This document shows, one piece after another, positions 57,436 to 64,000 of a DNA stretch of 64,000 nt. Origin of the DNA: Cryomorphaceae bacterium (lineage in GTDB: Bacteria; Bacteroidota; Bacteroidia; Flavobacteriales_D; Crocinitomicaceae); assembly GCA_027483605.1 (NCBI GenBank), contig JAIXUE010000038.1, positions 1,479 to 65,478 on the forward strand, given 5' to 3'. Made by a program: the position numbers and the translations under genes. The notes under the pieces are model-generated. The model worked only from the letters and a program-made list of their open reading frames with translations. It was not told the DNA's origin and did not search any database. The stretch's first letter is position 1. The number at the start of each line of letters is the position of its first letter.

Positions 57436-60400
57436 TTACATATTGCGTCGGTACTGGCCGCCAACCTCAAATAAGGCGTTGGTGACTTGCCCCAATGAAG
57501 CGACCTTACACGTTTCCATGAGCTCGGCAAAGATGTTTTTGTTTTGTACGGCAGCTTCTTGAACTTTGGAAATGCCTTCATTTGCCGCATCTTGTTGTGC
57601 GCTATGTAAATTGCTGAGCATGCTGATCTGATATGCTTTTTCCTCTTCTGTTGCTCTGATCACCTCTTTAGGAAGCACAGTTGGGGACCCTTTTGAGCTC
57701 AAAAAGGTATTGACGCCAATGATGGGGAATTCACCGGTGTGCTTGAGCGTTTCGTAATACAAAGACTCTTCTTGAATTTTGGAGCGTTGGTACATGGTTT
57801 CCATGGCGCCCAAAACGCCTCCGCGTTCGGTGATGCGGTCGAATTCAGACAACACAGCTTCCTCGACCAAATTGGTGAGCTCTTCAATGATAAATGCGCC
57901 TTGAAGCGGATTTTCGTTTTTCGCCAAGCCGAGCTCTCGGTTGATGATCAGCTGAATAGCCATGGCCCTACGCACAGACTCTTCGGTTGGCGTGGTAATG
58001 GCTTCGTCGTAGGCGTTGGTGTGCAAAGAGTTGCAGTTGTCGTAGATGGCGTAAAGTGCCTGCAAGGTGGTGCGGATGTCGTTGAAGTCGATTTCTTGTG
58101 CGTGCAAGGAGCGCCCAGAGGTCTGGATGTGGTATTTGAGCATTTGGGCTCTGGCATTCGCACCATACTTCTTCGCCAAAGCTTTGGCCCACACGCGGCG
58201 CGCCACACGACCAATAACTGCGTATTCGGGGTCTATGCCGTTCGAGAAAAAGAACGATAAGTTGGGCCCGAATTCATTGATGTCCATGCCGCGGCTCAGG
58301 TAGTATTCTACATAAGTGAAGCCGTTGGCGAGTGTAAAGGCCAGTTGGGTAATGGGGTTGGCGCCTGCTTCTGCGATGTGGTAGCCAGAAATAGAAACCG
58401 AATAGAAGTTGCGCACGCCATGAGCAATGAAGTACTCCTGGACGTCTCCCATGAGGCGAAGTGCAAATTCTGTCGAGAAAATACAAGTGTTTTGTGCTTG
58501 GTCTTCTTTGAGGATGTCTGCCTGAACCGTACCGCGCACTTGCTTGAGCGTATCGGCTTTGATTTGGGCATAAACGTCGGCTGGCAAGACTTGGTCTCCG
58601 GTGACGCCGAGTAGCATAAGGCCGAGCCCGTCGTTTCCTTCGGGTAACTCACCTTGGTAGGCAGGGCGCTCAGTGCCTTTGGCTTGGTAGATAGCGGCAA
58701 TTTTGGCTTCAACTTCCGCTTCTAGGCCATTGGCTTTGATGTATTTCTCGCAATTTTGGTCGATGGCTGCATTCATGAAATAAGCCAAGAGCATAGGTGC
58801 TGGCCCGTTGATGGTCATGGATACAGAGGTTGCCGGATGGCTGAGGTCAAAACCTGAATAGAGTTTTTTGGCATCGTCAAGGCAGCAAATAGAAACCCCT
58901 GAGTTGCCGATTTTGCCATAGATGTCTGGGCGCAAGTCGGGGTCGTTGCCGTAGAGTGTAACGGAGTCAAAAGCGGTAGACAAGCGCTTGGCTGGCATAC
59001 CGAGCGAAACGTAATGGAAGCGTTTGTTGGTGCGCTCTGGGCCGCCTTCGCCTGCAAACATGCGCGTAGGGTCTTCGCCTTCGCGTTTGAAAGGGAACAA
59101 ACCAGCCGTATAAGGGAATTCGCCTGGAACGTTTTCTTGCAAAACCCAACGCAGGATATCGCCCCAACTCACGTAATTTGGCGTCGCTACTTTCGGAATT
59201 TGTAAATGAGATAGCGACTCAGTGTGTGTTTGGAGTGTTAAAATTTTGTCTCGGACCTTGAACTGATACTCAGGGTTTTTGAAAGCCTGTTTTTTGGCAT
59301 CCCAGTTTTGTAGGATTTCCCAATTTTTGGGGTCAAAGTTGAGTTTTTCTTGTTCAAAAGCTTCTTGTAAACCTTTGAGCAAGCGGTCTTTGTCTTCCAA
59401 ACTAGAGACGCTAATGGCGTCTAACGAAACCTGTAGGCCGTGCAATTTGGTGGCAACCGCTACTTGTGCGTCGACCCATTTGTCATAAGCGCGGTTGTTT
59501 TCAGAAATTTCGGAAAGGTAGCGCGTGCGCTCTGGCGGTATCACGTAGATTTTCTCTGACATCTCGCGCGTGATGGCAAAGGTAGATTGGAGGTCTCCAC
59601 CTGTTTTTTTCACGACGTGGTCCATGATCACTTTGTAAAGTGTATTCATGCCGGGGTCATTGAACTGTGAGGCAATGGTGCCGTAAACAGGCATGTCGTC
59701 TACAGGGCTGTCCCACAAGTTGTGGTTGCGCTGGTACTGCTTGCGGACATCGCGCAGGGCGTCTAGGGCGCCGCGTTTGTCGAATTTATTGAGTGCAATG
59801 ACGTCGGCGAAGTCGAGCATGTCGATTTTCTCGAGTTGGGTCGCGGCGCCGTATTCGGGCGTCATGACGTACAAAGACACGTCGGAATGGTCTAGAATTT
59901 CGGTGTCGGACTGCCCGATTCCGGAGGTTTCTAGGATAATGAGGTCGTATTTTGCTGCTTTGAGGATGGAAATCGCTTCGGCAACATGCTTCGATAGCGC
60001 AAGGTTGGATTGGCGTGTAGCTAACGAACGCATGTAAACGCGCGGGCTCTTGATGGCGTTCATGCGGATGCGGTCGCCGAGTAGTGCGCCCCCTGTTTTT
60101 CTTTTGGAAGGGTCTACAGAAACTACCGCGAGTTGCTTGCCTGGGAAGTCGAGCAAGAAACGGCGCACGAGCTCATCTACCAAAGATGATTTACCAGCAC
60201 CGCCCGTACCCGTAATACCGAGAACCGGAACAGCGGTTTGAGCACCAGCGTCGCGCAGCGCAGCTAGTAGGGTTGCGTTTTCTTCGGGAAAGTTTTCGGC
60301 CGCACTAATGCAATGTGCGAGCGTAGGAATCGATTTTTGTGCTACGGCCGCAAGAATGCTTTCGTTCGACTCTTTTTTGGCTTGCCCCACCGCAAAATCA

Positions 60401-60828
60401 CATTTTTGAATGAGGTCGTTGATCATGCCTTGAAGGCCCATTGAACGGCCGTCGTCAGGGTGGTAAATTCGGGTAATGCCGTAGCCGTGTAGTTCTTCAA
60501 TTTCTGAAGGCAAGATGGTGCCGCCGCCACCGCCAAAAATTTTAATGTGTGGCGCTCCTTTTTCTTGGAGCAGATCGTGCATGTATTTGAAGTATTCCAT
60601 GTGTCCGCCTTGGTAGGAGGTCATGGCAATGGCCTGAGCATCTTCTTGAATGGCGCAGTTCACTACTTCTTCCACAGAGCGGTCATGGCCGAGGTGGATC
60701 ACTTCACAGCCAGTGGCTTGAATAATGCGGCGCATGATGTTGATGGCGGCGTCGTGGCCATCGAAGAGCGCTGCTGCAGTGACAATGCGAATTTTATGTT
60801 GTGGGATGTATGCTTGAACGGGTTCCAT
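57436..60828 (-). CDS. icmF: fused isobutyryl-CoA mutase (B12-binding domain + MeaB-like GTPase + mutase domain), IcmF
   Basis: 1130 aa. N-terminal B12 motif DGHDAAIN, P-loop [10 protein letters not shown]-terminal mutase TIM barrel, ending GGQYRRNM. Confidence 0.92.
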   Translation of the reverse strand: MEPVQAYIPQHKIRIVTAAALFDGHDAAINIMRRIIQATGCEVIHLGHDRSVEEVVNCAIQEDAQAIAMTSYQGGHMEYFKYMHDLLQEKGAPHIKIFGGGGGTILPSEIEELHGYGITRIYHPDDGRSMGLQGMINDLIQKCDFAVGQAKKESNESILAAVAQKSIPTLAHCISAAENFPEENATLLAALRDAGAQTAVPVLGITGTGGAGKSSLVDELVRRFLLDFPGKQLAVVSVDPSKRKTGGALLGDRIRMNAIKSPRVYMRSLATRQSNLALSKHVAEAISILKAAKYDLIILETSGIGQSDTEILDHSDVSLYVMTPEYGAATQLEKIDMLDFADVIALNKFDKRGALDALRDVRKQYQRNHNLWDSPVDDMPVYGTIASQFNDPGMNTLYKVIMDHVVKKTGGDLQSTFAITREMSEKIYVIPPERTRYLSEISENNRAYDKWVDAQVAVATKLHGLQVSLDAISVSSLEDKDRLLKGLQEAFEQEKLNFDPKNWEILQNWDAKKQAFKNPEYQFKVRDKILTLQTHTESLSHLQIPKVATPNYVSWGDILRWVLQENVPGEFPYTAGLFPFKREGEDPTRMFAGEGGPERTNKRFHYVSLGMPAKRLSTAFDSVTLYGNDPDLRPDIYGKIGNSGVSICCLDDAKKLYSGFDLSHPATSVSMTINGPAPMLLAYFMNAAIDQNCEKYIKANGLEAEVEAKIAAIYQAKGTERPAYQGELPEGNDGLGLMLLGVTGDQVLPADVYAQIKADTLKQVRGTVQADILKEDQAQNTCIFSTEFALRLMGDVQEYFIAHGVRNFYSVSISGYHIAEAGANPITQLAFTLANGFTYVEYYLSRGMDINEFGPNLSFFFSNGIDPEYAVIGRVARRVWAKALAKKYGANARAQMLKYHIQTSGRSLHAQEIDFNDIRTTLQALYAIYDNCNSLHTNAYDEAITTPTEESVRRAMAIQLIINRELGLAKNENPLQGAFIIEELTNLVEEAVLSEFDRITERGGVLGAMETMYQRSKIQEESLYYETLKHTGEFPIIGVNTFLSSKGSPTVLPKEVIRATEEEKAYQISMLSNLHSAQQDAANEGISKVQEAAVQNKNIFAELMETCKVASLGQVTNALFEVGGQYRRNM

Positions 60829-60873
60829 AAGGGATATTGATTGATGCGCAAATTTAGGTTTTTTTCGGCAATT

Positions 60874-61368
60874 TTAGCCATTCACTATTTTCTCCACGAT
60901 GCTCGCCACAGCCGGGCAAATGAGCGTGTTTTGCGCCGTTAAATCCATAATTTGATACATGTTTTTGCGATCGGTGTGGGGATATTCTCGGCAGGCTAGC
61001 GGGCGGTCTTCGTAAACAGCACAGGAGTTGTCTGGGAGCAAATTAAAGCAAGGAGAGCTTTGCAGGACGTAGTCGTCGTCTTCATCGCGCTTTAAATATT
61101 GCGCAACCAATTGGCTTTCTTTCATGCGCAGCGCTTTGGCCATTCTGCGGATATCGGGCTGTCGAAATATAGGACTGGTCGTTTTACAGCAATTGGCACA
61201 TTGTAGGCAGTCTCTTTTGGCAAATTCTTTTTGATGTGCCGTATGGAAGCGCTGGTCGAGGTCTTTGGGTTTGCTTTTGTTCCATTTTTTGAGTTGTTGT
61301 TGGTTGCTCTTGAAATTGGTTTTGGCCAACGCCAAGATTTCCTTGTCATTACTTGAAATCTCACCCAT
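60874..61368 (-). CDS. YkgJ-family cysteine-cluster (Zn/Fe-chelating) protein
   Basis: CLQCANCC motif plus downstream Cys residues. 164 aa. Confidence 0.7.
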   Translation of the reverse strand: MGEISSNDKEILALAKTNFKSNQQQLKKWNKSKPKDLDQRFHTAHQKEFAKRDCLQCANCCKTTSPIFRQPDIRRMAKALRMKESQLVAQYLKRDEDDDYVLQSSPCFNLLPDNSCAVYEDRPLACREYPHTDRKNMYQIMDLTAQNTLICPAVASIVEKIVNG

Positions 61369-61401
61369 TGCTAGTTAACTTTGTACGAAGATACAATCAA
61401 A

Positions 61402-61629
61402 ATGGAATTTCCGCAGTTCAGAAAACTCGAGAATGGGAGGTCGCTCTACAAAATCACCTCTGCAAATCAATTCACCGAACTGCAGCAAATAGGTTCGAAG
61501 TGGTTTGCTTACCAATTTGAAGTCGATCAATTCCCCGACTTAATGCGCGTCCAAGAAATGCTTCAAGGAAATCATCCGTTCGTACTTGTTCAAAAAGATG
61601 AATTTGAAAGCATTTATTCACTTCTCTAA
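61402..61629 (+). CDS. hypothetical small protein
   Basis: 75 aa from the first ATG. No motif recognised. Confidence 0.4.
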   Translation: MEFPQFRKLENGRSLYKITSANQFTELQQIGSKWFAYQFEVDQFPDLMRVQEMLQGNHPFVLVQKDEFESIYSLL

Positions 61630-61660
61630 ACAATCAAACCTTACAAATCGTTAACGTATC

Positions 61661-62434
61661 ATGAAAAACACCGCACTCATCACCGGCGCATCATCCGGAA
61701 TCGGAAAAGAACTCGCCCGCATTCACGCTTCAAAAGGTGGAGATTTGATTTTGGTAGCCAGACGAATCGAATTACTCAATGACCTCAAAGAAGAGCTCGT
61801 TCAAAAATACAAGGTCACCGTTCAAGTGATCCAAAAAGACCTCAGTGTGTTGGGTTCGTCTCAAGCCGTTTATGACGAGGTGTCGCAAAATGGTTGGGAA
61901 GTTGATTATTTGTTCAACAACGCAGGTTTTGGCGGCAAAGGTGCTTTTCTAGACCGCGACCTCGAGACAGATGTAGAAATGGTGCGCCTCAACGTCATGG
62001 CCCTATTGAAATTGACGCATTTATTTGGAAAAGACATGAAAACCAGAGGTAAAGGCAAGATTTTGCAAACCGCTAGTACTGCTGGTTTTTTACCTGGCCC
62101 CTATCAGAATACTTATTTTGCCACCAAAGCTTTTGTGGTTTCGCATACGCAAGGATTGGCCCATGAGCTCAAAGGTACAGGCGTTACGGTTACCGCGCTT
62201 TGCCCTGGCCCGGTCGAGACCGAATTTGCCCAAGTGGCCGGCTTTGGAGGTTCGCAAATGTTCGACGGCGCAGCAAGTGCTTACCAAACCGCGCTCAAAG
62301 GATATAAGGCCATGGAAAAAGGAAAAGTGATTTGCATTACAGCATTCAAATTTACCTTCCTGATCAAAGGCCTCTTGCCCTTCATGCCAGCTAAGATCAC
62401 CGCTGCGATCATTGCCAAAATGCAGCAATCTTAA
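61661..62434 (+). CDS. SDR family oxidoreductase
   Basis: TGASSGIG cofactor motif, NNAG, and a YxxxK context (YFATK). Confidence 0.9.
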   Translation: MKNTALITGASSGIGKELARIHASKGGDLILVARRIELLNDLKEELVQKYKVTVQVIQKDLSVLGSSQAVYDEVSQNGWEVDYLFNNAGFGGKGAFLDRDLETDVEMVRLNVMALLKLTHLFGKDMKTRGKGKILQTASTAGFLPGPYQNTYFATKAFVVSHTQGLAHELKGTGVTVTALCPGPVETEFAQVAGFGGSQMFDGAASAYQTALKGYKAMEKGKVICITAFKFTFLIKGLLPFMPAKITAAIIAKMQQS

Positions 62435-62458
62435 GACTTTTCTTTGTAGCTTTGCACT

Positions 62459-62935
62459 ATGCATAGCATTCCACTCTTCCTTAGCGATGTCGCTGGCTCT
62501 GAAGTCATCGTAATCGTATTGGTTGTTTTGTTGTTTTTTGGCTCTAAAAGTGTCCCAGGTATTGCCAAAACACTCGGGCAAGCGCTCTATCAAGTGCGCA
62601 ATGCCTCCAATGAGCTGCAACAAGAAATCAGAAAGTCAGGTCAAGAGATGAAAGCAGATCTCAACATTGAAAGCATCCTCAAAGAAACCGAAGAAACGCT
62701 AGTGGCACCCCTCGATCAAATGACCACCGACATCGACAACACCATTCACTACGGCAGCATGCCAAAGCAAGTCAAACAACAAGTTACTGCCGGTAATCCT
62801 ATTGAGGAGTTGAATGATCTTGAAAATTCACCTTTAACAGAAACGATTTCAGAAGAAATGATTTCGGACGATACCTCTTCAAACGGAACAAGTTCTGATC
62901 AAATTGAAAACGAAGTAAATCCCACCAACGCATGA
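62459..62935 (+). CDS. tatA: TatA/TatE-family twin-arginine translocase subunit with acidic C-terminal tail
   Basis: N-terminal TM plus hinge ([29 protein letters not shown]), followed by an amphipathic helix. Confidence 0.72.
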   Translation: MHSIPLFLSDVAGSEVIVIVLVVLLFFGSKSVPGIAKTLGQALYQVRNASNELQQEIRKSGQEMKADLNIESILKETEETLVAPLDQMTTDIDNTIHYGSMPKQVKQQVTAGNPIEELNDLENSPLTETISEEMISDDTSSNGTSSDQIENEVNPTNA

Positions 62936-63405
62936 CACAAGTCGGTATCATCATGGGCAGCAAGTCTGACTGGCCAATTATGCAAGAAGCACAAAAAATA
63001 CTGAGTGAATTTGGCATTTCAACTGAGGCAGAAGTTGTTTCTGCACACCGCACACCAGAAAAAATGTTTGCTTACGCCAAATCTGCTGCCAGCAGAGGTC
63101 TCAAAGTGATCATCGCAGGTGCTGGCGGAGCCGCACACCTCCCTGGCATGACTGCCTCCATGACCTCCTTACCGGTCATTGGCGTACCCATCAAGTCTTC
63201 CAATTCAATAGACGGTTGGGACTCCATTTTATCTATTCTTCAGATGCCCAATGGCATTCCGGTGGCAACAGTAGCGCTCAATGGTGCTAAAAACGCAGGG
63301 CTTTTGGCTGCACGAATGGTTGCTGCTTATGACCCAGCGGTTCAGGCCAAAATGGACGCCTACATGGCAGATATGGCCCAGCAAGTGCTTGACGCTAAGC
63401 TGTAA
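62932..63405 (+). CDS. purE: 5-(carboxyamino)imidazole ribonucleotide mutase
   Basis: [11 protein letters not shown]...VSAHRTP...[10 protein letters not shown] motifs. ATGA overlap with tatA. Confidence 0.95.
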   Translation: MTQVGIIMGSKSDWPIMQEAQKILSEFGISTEAEVVSAHRTPEKMFAYAKSAASRGLKVIIAGAGGAAHLPGMTASMTSLPVIGVPIKSSNSIDGWDSILSILQMPNGIPVATVALNGAKNAGLLAARMVAAYDPAVQAKMDAYMADMAQQVLDAKL

Positions 63406-63441
63406 TTGTAAATTTTTGTTTGTCTCTTTGCTTCTTTGCCT

Positions 63442-64000
63442 TTATTCGTAAAGCAAGTATTTACTGCGCGTGACCAAAAAAGCATCTAAACCTGGTTTCC
63501 AGGTAGCGCGAATTTCCTTTGCTGACCAACCTTTCTCTAATTGTTCCTTTAGGCTAGCGGTACCAGCTAGTCTATTGAAAAATGCAGGTTGATCAATAAA
63601 AGTTAGGCTGTCTCCAAGTAATTCTTTGGCAGTAATGAGGTAATTCAGGTTGAGTTGATAGCTTCTTTTGGTGGTGTTTTGGCTCAATTCAATGCCTTGA
63701 CAGATTTTATTCAGGTGCAGGGGGTTTTTGGCGCCAATGGTAGGAATGGGCATGAACTGATAACGCTGTACAGGAAATTTGGGATGTCCATAAATTTCAA
63801 AAGGTTTATCTGTGCCGCGCCCAATACTGATCGTGGTGGCCTCAAAAAGACAAAGACTTGGATAAAGTGCAATGGCGGCGTCAGTGCGCAAGTTGGGTGA
63901 TGGTGCTACTGGGAGGCTGTATGGCAACTTATGCTTGTAATTTTTACACGGGATGACCCATAATTGACAGCGTCGGCTATTGTGTAGCCAGCCTTCGCCG
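63442..64000 (-). CDS. DUF1343 / NamZ-like exo-beta-N-acetylmuramidase, C-terminal part (5' end beyond window)
   Basis: The frame stays open to the window edge (GEGWLHNSRRCQLWVIP...PSPNLRTD...YPSLCLFEATTISIGRGTDKPFE). Confidence 0.78.
   Translation of the reverse strand, partial: GEGWLHNSRRCQLWVIPCKNYKHKLPYSLPVAPSPNLRTDAAIALYPSLCLFEATTISIGRGTDKPFEIYGHPKFPVQRYQFMPIPTIGAKNPLHLNKICQGIELSQNTTKRSYQLNLNYLITAKELLGDSLTFIDQPAFFNRLAGTASLKEQLEKGWSAKEIRATWKPGLDAFLVTRSKYLLYE

Noticed and set aside
57435-57590. N-terminal extension of bshC (track ORF 55986..57590) overlapping the 3' end of icmF.
   Set aside because: The extension ([20 protein letters not shown]...) does not resemble a BshC N-terminus, and it overlaps the conserved IcmF C-terminus (…GGQYRRNM). 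The start at 57434 is preferred. With that start BshC looks about 30 aa shorter at its N-terminus than B. subtilis BshC, but I cannot judge the significance without an alignment.
1-64000. Scan for CRISPR arrays, IS elements or transposases, integrases, rRNA, prophage or conjugation genes, and known defence systems (RM, CBASS, retron and similar).
   Set aside because: I saw no regularly spaced direct repeats and no transposase, integrase or phage-like ORFs. The only repeat families seen are the 36-bp direct repeat, the 36-nt box and the ATGAGCTTA motif in the tRNA-Met islet.

Overview
This 64-kb window looks like a Bacteroidota chromosome. The pointers are a fused LpxC/FabZ, BshC, several T9SS C-terminal sorting domains, a PorP/SprF-like gene and TAnnTTTG-type promoter boxes. 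It is densely packed, mostly with housekeeping genes: lpxA-lpxC/fabZ-lpxD, trxA, uvrA, dacB, ddl, lipA, a mutL-rhomboid-rhomboid-EEP-GATase operon, mdh, nfu, recQ, an M1 aminopeptidase, purB, ctaA, a PIF1-like helicase, an MFS pump, an HDAC-like gene, a PepX-like peptidase, eda, bshC, icmF, tatA and purE. I count about 57 protein-coding genes, one tRNA-Met(CAT) and one clear pseudogene. I saw no rRNA, CRISPR array, transposase or integrase. Three ECF sigma factors are each translationally coupled to a single-pass membrane partner with a different envelope-facing domain: a T9SS type-B CTD, an unknown domain, and a Ser-rich linker plus an OM beta-barrel. The only clearly accessory segment is an AT-rich islet of about 2.2 kb (52422-54633), bounded by a 36-bp direct repeat at the 3' end of tRNA-Met. 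It carries a wHTH-Fic protein whose catalytic His is replaced by Gln, a zeta-toxin-like P-loop kinase and an overlapping 48-codon ORF. The islet is organised as two cargo modules, each preceded by a paralogous hairpin plus a conserved 36-nt box. Other anomalies are an in-frame TAG 17 codons before the end of a FabH-like KAS III gene, a decayed metallophosphoesterase next to the tRNA, and a 421-bp AT-rich non-coding gap. All functional calls come from reading the translated ORFs and recalling family motifs. No database search was run.
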